From positions 45,066-109,065 of the forward strand of contig CAWDGK010000003.1 of assembly GCA_963801855.1 (NCBI GenBank): a DNA stretch of 64,000 nt. Reading direction: 5' to 3'. Position numbers and translations under genes: made by a program. The notes beneath the pieces are model-generated. The model was not told the origin of the DNA and made no database searches. It saw nothing but the letters and a program-made list of their open reading frames with translations. This DNA is from an uncultured Actinomycetes bacterium (lineage in GTDB: Bacteria; Actinomycetota; Thermoleophilia; Gaiellales; Gaiellaceae). The first letter of the stretch is position 1. Each line of letters begins with the position of its first letter. This document shows positions 45,381-53,286 of this stretch, in pieces.

Positions 45381-45473
45381 GGCTCGGGCTCCTGTTCCGG
45401 CACAGGCGCGGGCCGCTGTCTCGGGCTGCGGGCTCGGGCTCGCGCTGGGGCTCGGGCTCGGGCTCGGGCTGGC
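45381..45473. repeat. Imperfect hexanucleotide (GGGCTC)n microsatellite, encoding Pro-Glu repeats on the minus strand
   Basis: The tract at 45422..45472 reads cgggctgcgggctcgggctcgcgctggggctcgggctcgggctcgggctgg, and there is another ggctcgggctcc at 45381..45392. Confidence 0.8.
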
Positions 45474-45518
45474 GATCCGGCACGTAGACGTTCTCGGCGC
45501 GGTCGTCGAGCCGATCGG

Positions 45519-46754
45519 TCACGAGTCGAACCGCAGATCTTGGTGGTGGAGCCGGTGCCCGAGCTTGTCCCGCTTCGTCTCGAGATAGCGACGGTTCTCA
45601 TCGTTCGGGGGCGTCTCGATCGGAACCTGCTCGACGACCGTGAGCCCGAAGCCCTCGAGACCGGTGATCTTCTTCGGGTTGTTCGTGAGGATCCTGATCG
45701 TCGTCAGCCCGAGGTCGGCAAGGATCTGGTTTCCGATCCCCCAGTCCCGGGCGTCGGCCGGGAATCCGAGCTCGAGGTTCGCCTCGACCGTGTCGAGCCC
45801 GCCCTCCTGCAGCTCGTACGCCTTCAGTTTGCTCAGGAGCCCGATGCCGCGCCCCTCCTGGGCCATGTAGAGCAGGACACCCCGCTCCTCTGCGCCGATG
45901 CGCTCGAGCGCCTCGGTGAGCTGCTCGCCGCAGTCGCAGCGAAGCGAGTGGAAGACATCGCCTGTCAGGCACTCGGAGTGAACTCGCACGAGTACGCCGT
46001 CCGCGCCGTCGACCTCTCCTTTCACGAGAGCGACGTGGTGCTTGCCGGTCAGCGTCTCGCGGAACGCGATCGCCTGAAAATCGCCGTGGGCGGTAGGGAG
46101 CCGCACCGAGACGGTCCGCTCGACGAGCTTCTCTGTCCGCCGGCGGTACTCGATCAGGTCGGCGACGGTGACCATCTTGACCTCGTGGCGCCGGCAAAAC
46201 TCCCGGAGGTCCGGAACCCGCGCCATCGTGCCGTCGTCGTTCATCACCTCGCAGACGACCCCGGCGGGGATCAGACCGGCGAGGCGGGCCAGGTCGACCG
46301 CAGCCTCCGTCTGCCCCGTCCGCTCGAGGACTCCGCCCGCGCGAGCGCGCAACGGAAAGATGTGGCCGGGCTGCACCAGGTCGTGCGGGCCCTTGTTGGG
46401 GTCGATCGCAGTCTGGATCGTGCGCGAGCGGTCAGCGGCGGAGATACCGGTCGTCACGCCTTCCCGAGCCTCCACCGAGACCGTGAAGGCGGTCTGGAGC
46501 GGCGCCTCGTTGTTCTCGGCCATCGGTCGAAGCGCGAGCTCGTCGACCCGGTCCGGAGTCAGGCAGAGGCAGATCAGGCCGCGGGCGTGCGTCGCCATGA
46601 AGTTGATCGCCTCCGGCGTCGCGAACTGTGCGGCGATCGTGAGGTCGCCTTCGTTCTCGCGGTCTGCCGCGTCGACGACGACCACGAACTTGCCCTCGCG
46701 AATGTCGTCGATCGCCTCTTCGATGGTTGCGAAAACGGTGTCGGCCGTGGTCAT
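45519..46754 (-). CDS. ribBA: Bifunctional 3,4-dihydroxy-2-butanone-4-phosphate synthase / GTP cyclohydrolase II
   Basis: From [38 protein letters not shown] (the DHBPS half) to [24 protein letters not shown] (the GCHII half). The longer ORF N-terminus is shadow-like. Confidence 0.92.
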   Translation of the reverse strand: MTTADTVFATIEEAIDDIREGKFVVVVDAADRENEGDLTIAAQFATPEAINFMATHARGLICLCLTPDRVDELALRPMAENNEAPLQTAFTVSVEAREGVTTGISAADRSRTIQTAIDPNKGPHDLVQPGHIFPLRARAGGVLERTGQTEAAVDLARLAGLIPAGVVCEVMNDDGTMARVPDLREFCRRHEVKMVTVADLIEYRRRTEKLVERTVSVRLPTAHGDFQAIAFRETLTGKHHVALVKGEVDGADGVLVRVHSECLTGDVFHSLRCDCGEQLTEALERIGAEERGVLLYMAQEGRGIGLLSKLKAYELQEGGLDTVEANLELGFPADARDWGIGNQILADLGLTTIRILTNNPKKITGLEGFGLTVVEQVPIETPPNDENRRYLETKRDKLGHRLHHQDLRFDS

Positions 46755-46848
46755 GGTCACCGACTGATCGTAACCAGCCGCGCAGGTTCGGTCGCGCTCG
46801 GGTAGCCTCGACCCCGGTTCTCGCTCTACGCCGTCCCACCTCTGATTG

Positions 46849-49800
46849 ATGTCTCCCCGTCGCCCGGGTACGTCTCGCCGAGGCATCGCCTTCGGCGCAC
46901 TTGCGCTGCTCGTCGCGCTCTGCACCGGACTCGCAGGCGGCTCGCTGCAGGCGGGCGCCGCAACGCCGGGGCTCGTCGGCGCCTACGCGCTCAGCGAGGG
47001 AACCGGCCTCCAGACGGCCGACTCATCTGGAAGCGCCAACGGAGGCACGCTCTCGGGTGCGACCTGGGCTGCGGCGGGAAAGTACGGAGGCGGCCTCGCG
47101 TTCGACGGCACGAACGACTGGGTCACGGTCCCCGACGCCGCCTCACTCGACCTCACGACCGGCCTGACCCTCGAAGCCTGGGTGCGGCCCACGACGAACT
47201 CGAGCTGGCGCACGGTCATGCTCAAGGAGCACGGCTCGACCCTCGCCTACGGGCTGTACAGCGCTGCCACGAGCAGCCGTCCCATGGGCGTCGTCCTCAC
47301 CGGCGGTAGCCAGCAGAAGCTCTCGGGGCCGACGGCGTTGACCCTGAACACCTGGACGCATCTCGCTCTCACGTACGACGGCGCCCAGATGCGCCTCTAC
47401 GTCAACGGAACGCAGCGGGCGAGCAAGGCGGTGACCGGCGCCGCCCCGAACTCGACCGGGGCCCTCCGGATCGGCGGCAACAACGTCTGGAAGTCGGAGT
47501 GGTTCAGCGGCAGCCTCGACGAGCTGCGCGTCTACAACCGGGCGCTCTCGGCGGCCGAGGTCCAGGCCGACATGAACTCCCCTGTGGGGCTGAGCGATAC
47601 CACGGCGCCGACCGCGCCGGGCAACCTGCGCCAGACGGCCTCCGCGCAGACGACGGCCACGATCTCCTGGGACTCGTCGACCGACAACATCGGCGTGCAG
47701 GGCTACGAGATCTTCCGCGGCACGACCTCGCAGGGTACGACGACGACGAACAACTGGTCGCTCACCGGCCTGCCGTGCAACTCCACGACGGCGGTGGGAG
47801 TCGAGGCGTTCGACGCGGCCGGTAACCGATCCTCACGATCAACCCTCACCGTTGCCACGACCTCGTGCGACACCGCGCCGCCGTCGGTCTCGATCACCAG
47901 CCCCTCAGGCGGAGCGACGGTGTCAGGCACCGTCCAGGTCTCGGCGTCGGCGGCCGACGACTCCGGAGTCGCCGGGGTCCAGTTCTTCGTCGACGGGGCT
48001 GCGGTCGGGCCGGAGGATCCGACGGCCCCGTACAGCTCCGACTGGAACACGGCGTCGGCCGGAAACGGCCCTCGCTCGCTGACTGCCGTCGCGCGAGACA
48101 CCTCCGGAAATCTCACGACGTCGTCCGCCGTCGGCGTTGACGTCGACAACGACACGGTCGCGCCCACCGTCGCCCTCACCGCACCGGCCGACGGAGCGAC
48201 GGTCACCGGCGTCGTCCAGCTCGCCGCGGACGCGAGCGACGACCGCGCCCTTGCCGGTGTCCGCTTTCGTCTCGACGGCATCAACCTCGGAGCCGAGGAC
48301 ACGACGGCGCCGTACTCGCTCTCCTGGGACACCGCCGGAGCAACCTCCGGGTCGCACTCGATCACCGCTTTCGCTCGCGACGCCGCCGGAAACACGAAGA
48401 CGTCGGCGGCCCGGACGGTCTTCGTCCAGAACGGGCTCAACACGGCGGACGCCTGGAAGAAAGTGACCGTAGGCCCCGGTTACGTGGACGCCTCGACGCG
48501 CACGCCGGTTCGCACCGCGGGAGGCTGGGTCTATCTCTTTGCCGCCGACGACACTGCTCGAGGCAACGGCGTCGGGCCGACGGTGATCCGCGCCTGGAAG
48601 GCAAACCGGCCCGGAATCCCGACCGCCTTCAGCGAGATGGACGGGGCGAACCGCCCGTCAGCCGCGACCGGGACCCTCCAGGTCCTCGGAAGCCCGGACA
48701 CCCGGCTCGATCGCAGCGGCATCGCCCACCTCGTCTACATGAACGAGTCGACCGACACGCTGAACTACAGGACGTTCTCGACGGTGACGAACACCTGGGG
48801 GCCGAACGAGGTGGTCGAGTCGGCGATCGGAATGGATTTCGACGGCAACACGACCTACAGGCGCGAGACGACGAACTCGATCGTCCTCGACGCGAACGAC
48901 GTCCCGCACATCGTCTACAAGTCCGGCTCGTCGCTCGTCCACCGGCATCGCACCGGCGGAACCTGGAGCGCCAAGGTGATCGTCGACACGCCTCCGGTGG
49001 GAACGCCGCGGCACTCGTCGCTCGCAGCCGATGCGCTCGGAAACCTCCACGTGACCTGGCTCCGCAGCGACTGGCTCGTGGCCTCGAATCCGCACCCGCA
49101 GATCATGTACCGGCGCCGCGGTGTCGACGGCGTCTGGGCGCCTGCCGAAGTGGCGGCCGAGACCGACGTCCAGACGAACGAGAACTCCGATCAGGGCCCG
49201 AGCATCGTCATCACGCAGAACGGGACGCCCCATGTCCTCTACGTCAGCGACCTCGGCGACAGCTTCGTCCAGACCGCCAATCGCACGAACGGCGTCTGGG
49301 TCTCGAACCACCCGCCTGTCGGAGTGTTCACCCACGCGCCTCAGATCTACGGGCAGTACAACGACATCTACGTCTTCCTCGGGCATGACCGGGCAATTCA
49401 CTTCGGCTACCTCTACAAGCTCAACGGCCAGCCCTGGGTGCCGTACGAGCGGCTCGACAGCACCGGCGACAACGACGGCTCGGGCTCGCCGCGCTGGGAT
49501 CCCATGCGAGAGCCGAATCCGGAGGTGATCGACACCACCTTCTACGAGGAGAACCTGGCCAACGACTCCCGGCGGCTGACGGAGCTCTACTACATGGCGG
49601 TTCTCCCGAGCGGCGGCCCCACAGACTCCGACCCTCCGACGACTCCCACCGATCTGACGCAGACGGATGCGACCGAGAACTCTCTGTCGATCTCCTGGAC
49701 TCCGTCGTCAGACGCAGTCGGCGTTGCGGGCTACGGGCTCTATCGCAACGGGTCGAGCGTGGGCTCGTCGTCGGTTCCGTCGGCGACGATCGGCGGTCTG

Positions 49801-50826
49801 GCGTGCGGTACGACCCAGAGCGTCGGAGTCGACGCCGTCGACGGCGCGGGGAATCGCTCGCCGATCACGACCATCCAGGCGCAGACGAGCCCGTGCGACA
49901 CGATTTCGCCCTCGGTGAGCATCACGAGCCCCGCTGCCGGCGCCTCGGTCTCGGGAACGACGCAGGTCTCGGCCGACGCGTCGGACAACACGGGTCTCGT
50001 CGGCGTCCAGTTCCGCCTCGACGGCGCGAACCTCGGGGTCGAGGACACGACGGCGCCGTATCGAGTCGACTGGAACACGGTCGGATGGGCGAACGGCAGC
50101 CACACGCTCTCGGCGGTCGCGCGCGACGTGTCGTCGAACTCGACTCAGTCGGCCAACGTCACGGTCACAGTCGCGAACACCGGGCCTGCGATCCCCCCCG
50201 GGCTGGCCGCGGCCTATGCCTTCGCCGAAGGAACCGGGAGCCAGACCGCGGACGCGTCCGGCAACGGAAATCCCGGCACGCTCGCCGGAGCGGCGTGGAC
50301 GGCCGCGGGCAAATACGGGAGCGCACTCACCTTCGACGGCACGAACGACTGGGTCACGGTCGCCGACAAGCCCTCGCTGGACGCGTCCGGTGCCCTGACG
50401 CTCGAGGCCTGGGTGCGCCCGAACGGCGGACCGACCTGGCGCACGATCCTGCTCAAGGAGAACGGGAGCACACTCGCCTACGCGCTCTACTCGGCGGCCT
50501 CCGGCGGAACGCCGATGGGGATCGTCCTCGTCGGCGGAACGCAGCAGAAACTGTCCGGGCCGTCGGCGCTTCCCGCCGGCGCCTGGTCGCACCTGGCGCT
50601 CACCTATGACGGCTCGCAGATGCGCCTGTACGTGAACGGCGTCCAACGGGCGAGCAAGGCCGTGACCGGCTCGATGCCCAATTCCAGCGGCGCGCTGCGG
50701 ATCGGCGGCAACAACGTCTGGAGGAGCGAGTGGTTCAGGGGCGAGCTCGACGAGCTGCGCGTGTACAACCGCGCGCTGGGCGCCGGCGAGATCCAGGCGG
50801 ATATGGGCACTCCCCTAGCGGGGTAG
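46849..50826 (+). CDS. Large secreted multidomain protein: LamG - FN3 - Ig-like x2 - central repeat (propeller-like) domain - FN3 - Ig-like - LamG
   Basis: ~1325 aa with the signal peptide IAFGALALLVALCTGLAGG. The LamG-type blocks carry LDELRVYNRAL. The FN3 blocks read ISWDSSTDNIGVQGYEIF and ISWTPSSDAVGVAGYGLY. The Ig-like blocks carry VQFxxDG....EDTTAPY. The central part has a recurring G..H(L/I/V)(V/T)(Y/W) motif. Confidence 0.85.
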   Translation: MSPRRPGTSRRGIAFGALALLVALCTGLAGGSLQAGAATPGLVGAYALSEGTGLQTADSSGSANGGTLSGATWAAAGKYGGGLAFDGTNDWVTVPDAASLDLTTGLTLEAWVRPTTNSSWRTVMLKEHGSTLAYGLYSAATSSRPMGVVLTGGSQQKLSGPTALTLNTWTHLALTYDGAQMRLYVNGTQRASKAVTGAAPNSTGALRIGGNNVWKSEWFSGSLDELRVYNRALSAAEVQADMNSPVGLSDTTAPTAPGNLRQTASAQTTATISWDSSTDNIGVQGYEIFRGTTSQGTTTTNNWSLTGLPCNSTTAVGVEAFDAAGNRSSRSTLTVATTSCDTAPPSVSITSPSGGATVSGTVQVSASAADDSGVAGVQFFVDGAAVGPEDPTAPYSSDWNTASAGNGPRSLTAVARDTSGNLTTSSAVGVDVDNDTVAPTVALTAPADGATVTGVVQLAADASDDRALAGVRFRLDGINLGAEDTTAPYSLSWDTAGATSGSHSITAFARDAAGNTKTSAARTVFVQNGLNTADAWKKVTVGPGYVDASTRTPVRTAGGWVYLFAADDTARGNGVGPTVIRAWKANRPGIPTAFSEMDGANRPSAATGTLQVLGSPDTRLDRSGIAHLVYMNESTDTLNYRTFSTVTNTWGPNEVVESAIGMDFDGNTTYRRETTNSIVLDANDVPHIVYKSGSSLVHRHRTGGTWSAKVIVDTPPVGTPRHSSLAADALGNLHVTWLRSDWLVASNPHPQIMYRRRGVDGVWAPAEVAAETDVQTNENSDQGPSIVITQNGTPHVLYVSDLGDSFVQTANRTNGVWVSNHPPVGVFTHAPQIYGQYNDIYVFLGHDRAIHFGYLYKLNGQPWVPYERLDSTGDNDGSGSPRWDPMREPNPEVIDTTFYEENLANDSRRLTELYYMAVLPSGGPTDSDPPTTPTDLTQTDATENSLSISWTPSSDAVGVAGYGLYRNGSSVGSSSVPSATIGGLACGTTQSVGVDAVDGAGNRSPITTIQAQTSPCDTISPSVSITSPAAGASVSGTTQVSADASDNTGLVGVQFRLDGANLGVEDTTAPYRVDWNTVGWANGSHTLSAVARDVSSNSTQSANVTVTVANTGPAIPPGLAAAYAFAEGTGSQTADASGNGNPGTLAGAAWTAAGKYGSALTFDGTNDWVTVADKPSLDASGALTLEAWVRPNGGPTWRTILLKENGSTLAYALYSAASGGTPMGIVLVGGTQQKLSGPSALPAGAWSHLALTYDGSQMRLYVNGVQRASKAVTGSMPNSSGALRIGGNNVWRSEWFRGELDELRVYNRALGAGEIQADMGTPLAG
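46966..47586 (+). repeat. N-terminal LamG coding copy (direct repeat partner of 50197..50817)
   Basis: By my manual alignment 149 of 207 aa are identical to the C-terminal copy. Shared nucleotide strings include ttcgacggcacgaacgactgggtcacggtc. Confidence 0.8.
50197..50817 (+). repeat. C-terminal LamG coding copy (direct repeat partner of 46966..47586)
   Basis: Same evidence as its partner at 46966..47586. Confidence 0.8.
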
Positions 50827-51357
50827 CAGCCGCTCGACGTACTTGGCGAGGATGTCGACCTCGAGGTTGACCCGTTCACCCTCCCCGAGCGCTCCGAGCG
50901 TCGTCACGTCGAGAGTGTGCTCGACGAGGGCGACCGTGAAGGTCTCCTCGTCCAGTGCGGCGATCGTGAGTGAAACCCCGTCGACCGCGATCGATCCCTT
51001 CTCGACGCAGTAGCGCAGGATCTCGGGCGGCGCCTCGATCGTCATCCGCTCGCCCTCCAACGACCGGATCCGTCCAACGCCGTCGACATGACCCTGGACG
51101 TAGTGGCCGCCGAGCGGCTCTCCTGCCGAGACCGCAGGCTCGAGGTTCACGGAAGCTCCGAAGCCCTTCGAGCGCGCCTGCGTCTCGTCGAGCACGTCGA
51201 AGGACAGGTGGCCGTTCTGGGCGTCGACGACCGTGAGGCAGACGCCGTTCACGTTGATCGAGTCCCCGACCGAGGGCGCGAGCGATGACTCGACGACGAG
51301 GCGGTCGTCTTCGAACGAGACGGTGCGGGCGAGCTCCTGGACGATCCCCGTGAACAC
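50815..51357 (-). CDS. ribE: Riboflavin synthase alpha chain
   Basis: It begins MFTGIVQELA and has the duplicated lumazine-binding repeats GDSINVNGVCLTV and GSIAVDGVSLTI. Confidence 0.92.
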   Translation of the reverse strand: MFTGIVQELARTVSFEDDRLVVESSLAPSVGDSINVNGVCLTVVDAQNGHLSFDVLDETQARSKGFGASVNLEPAVSAGEPLGGHYVQGHVDGVGRIRSLEGERMTIEAPPEILRYCVEKGSIAVDGVSLTIAALDEETFTVALVEHTLDVTTLGALGEGERVNLEVDILAKYVERLLPR

Positions 51358-51367
51358 GGGGAGAACG

Positions 51368-51583
51368 TTACTGACCGAGCGCGATTGCCTCGATCGTCTC
51401 GCGGACGAGAGGCTGAAGCTTCGGGCGCGAGATGTCCGATCGGGCGAGCTCTCCCCGAAGCTCGTCGATCAGCTCCTGCGACTCCGGCCCGACCTGCCCG
51501 GGTTCGTCGAGCGCGTCTCGGACATGGCGCAGGTCGACGTGGCCGGCGAGCCAGTGGGAAAGCGTCTGGACGAGGTCAGGGCT
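51368..51583 (-). CDS. Small hypothetical protein between ribD and ribE
   Basis: The ATG at 51583 overlaps the ribD stop (ATGAGCCCTGA). The 71 aa product (MSPDLVQTLSHWLAGHVDLRHVRDALDEP...) has a non-shadow composition. There is an 11 nt gap to ribE. Confidence 0.5.
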   Translation of the reverse strand, partial: SPDLVQTLSHWLAGHVDLRHVRDALDEPGQVGPESQELIDELRGELARSDISRPKLQPLVRETIEAIALGQ

Positions 51584-52520
51584 CATTGAAATAGGCACTG
51601 AGGAGAATGTCCTCTCCGATCGGGAGGGCCTTCAAACGGTACAGCAGGCCCTCCGGGACCTGTCCAGCGAGCAGCGGCGGGCCAACGCCGGAGAGCCGGG
51701 GAGCGACGAAGAGGAGGAGCTTGTCGACGAGACCTTCGCGGAAGAACGTCGATGCGAGCCGCGGTCCGCCCTCGAGCAGGATCGACTGGACGCCCTCCTC
51801 GGCCAGGGCGGCGAGCTCCTCCACGAGGGGGCCGGAGCGCAGCTCGAGCTTCGACCCCTCCGGAAGCGGAGGCCTGCCGAACACGAGCCTCCGCGGCTGC
51901 CGAAGCACCTCCACGCCACGTGCGTCGAGCCGTGGATCGTCGGCCAGCACCGTGCCCATCCCGACGGCGACGGCGTCGGAGGCGGCGCGAAGCTCGTGAA
52001 CGATTTCTCTGCTCGGCTCTCCGGAGATCCAGCGCTCTCCCGGCAACGTCACGCGGCCGTCGAGCGTGACGGCCGCCTTGTACGTGACGAAGGGCCTTCG
52101 CTTCGAGACCCACGTCCTCCAGGCCTCGTTCTGCGCCCTCGCCTCGAAGAGATCAGCGTCCTCCACGTCCACGCCCGCGGCACGGAGCTCCTCGAGGCCG
52201 CCGCCCGCCTCGGGGTTCGGATCCAGGCAGCCGGCGACGACTCGAGCAACGCCGGCGCCGAGCACCGCCTGGGTGCACGGCGGAGTGCTTCCACGGTGCG
52301 CGCACGGCTCCAGAGAGACGTAGAGCGTCGCGCCCTTCGCCCGCTCTCCCGCCTCCCCCAGGGCTACGACCTCGGCGTGGGGCCCACCCCTCCGTTCGTG
52401 CCAGCCTTCGCCAACGACGTCACCGTCCTTCACGACGACGGCCCCGACGACCGGATTCGGATGCGCCGTGCCGCGTCCTCGCTCCGCAAGCTCGAGCGCT
52501 CGGACGAGAAATTCGCTCAC
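51576..52520 (-). CDS. ribD: Bifunctional riboflavin biosynthesis deaminase/reductase RibD
   Basis: It has a deaminase domain (HAEVVAL...LEPCAHRGSTPPC) followed by a reductase domain. The GTG at 52520 overlaps the rpe stop (GTGA). Confidence 0.9.
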   Translation of the reverse strand: MSEFLVRALELAERGRGTAHPNPVVGAVVVKDGDVVGEGWHERRGGPHAEVVALGEAGERAKGATLYVSLEPCAHRGSTPPCTQAVLGAGVARVVAGCLDPNPEAGGGLEELRAAGVDVEDADLFEARAQNEAWRTWVSKRRPFVTYKAAVTLDGRVTLPGERWISGEPSREIVHELRAASDAVAVGMGTVLADDPRLDARGVEVLRQPRRLVFGRPPLPEGSKLELRSGPLVEELAALAEEGVQSILLEGGPRLASTFFREGLVDKLLLFVAPRLSGVGPPLLAGQVPEGLLYRLKALPIGEDILLSAYFNEP

Positions 52521-53191
52521 GCGAGCTCTTGAACCAGCCGCTTGTACGCCCGGGTCAGGTCCTCGCGGCCGAAGATGCTCGTCCCGGCCACGAAGAGCGT
52601 GGCGCCCGCGCCGCGCACCAGCCGGATGTTGTCCGGCCCAACACCGCCGTCGACCTGGATGTGCTTCTCGGGAAGCAGGCCACGGAGCCGCTCGATCCGG
52701 CCGAGAGCCTCCGGCATGAATGCCTGGCCCGAGTAGCCGGGGTTGATGCTCATGCAGAGGACGAAGTCGAAGGGCTCCGCCACCTGCGCGACCTGCTCCG
52801 GCTCGGTCTCGGGATTGAACGCGAGCCCGACCTCCAATTCGTGCTCGCGCGCCTGGCGAGCGACGGCCGCCGGGTCTGCGACGGCCTCGATGTGAAACGT
52901 GACGCTGTCGCCACCGGCTTCAGCGATCGCGGCGAAGTGGCGAGCGGGCTCTTCCACCATCAGGTGGCAGTCGAGCCGGCCTCCGAGCTTGTGGACGATC
53001 GGCGAGATCGACTGGAGCACGATCGGCCCGATCGTGACCGGCGGGACGAAATGACCGTCGCCGACGTCGAAGTGGAAGATCCGCGCGCCCCCTCGCGAGA
53101 GCGTCTCGATCTGCTCTCCGAGCTTGGAGAAGTCCGCCGCATACAGCGACGGCTCGACCTCGACCGTCCGGATCCATTCCCGCCAGGGCAC
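52517..53191 (-). CDS. rpe: Ribulose-phosphate 3-epimerase
   Basis: Matching stretches are PSLYAADF, HFDVGDGHFVP, DCHLMV, MSINPGYSGQAF and VDGGV. Confidence 0.92.
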   Translation of the reverse strand: MPWREWIRTVEVEPSLYAADFSKLGEQIETLSRGGARIFHFDVGDGHFVPPVTIGPIVLQSISPIVHKLGGRLDCHLMVEEPARHFAAIAEAGGDSVTFHIEAVADPAAVARQAREHELEVGLAFNPETEPEQVAQVAEPFDFVLCMSINPGYSGQAFMPEALGRIERLRGLLPEKHIQVDGGVGPDNIRLVRGAGATLFVAGTSIFGREDLTRAYKRLVQELA

Positions 53192-53212
53192 GCCGCGATC
53201 TTATGGGCGCCC

Positions 53213-53237
53213 GTCTCGAGGGACTGTCCCTCGAGAC
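53213..53237. terminator. Perfect hairpin, 11 bp stem and 3 nt loop (gtctcgaggga ctg tccctcgagac)
   Basis: Read directly from the sequence. It lies in the 95 nt rsmB-rpe spacer. Confidence 0.45.
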
Positions 53238-53286
53238 TGCCACGCGAGGCCGTGTCCTTTGGAACAAATGCGTGCCAAAGGGCGCT

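Noticed and set aside
46755-46848. Possible FMN (RFN) riboswitch upstream of ribBA
   Set aside because: The 94 nt spacer, and the ~80 nt beyond it, lack the conserved RFN cores: GGTGAAATTCC-type loops, CCGACAGT and GTCTGGATG. It is also too short for the ~130-150 nt element. No RFN-like sequence precedes ribD either, since ribD overlaps rpe. A covariance-model search (Rfam RF00050) would settle it.
46966-50817. The two LamG copies considered as the template/variable repeat pair of a diversity-generating retroelement
   Set aside because: No reverse transcriptase gene is nearby. The differences between the copies are spread over all base types rather than confined to adenine positions. The copies are ~620 bp protein-domain duplications.
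46849-50826. The gene splitting the rib operon considered as a mobile element or genomic islet
   Set aside because: There is no transposase, integrase, tRNA attachment site, terminal inverted repeat or direct repeat at the borders, and no visible GC shift. I report it only as an unusual gene order.
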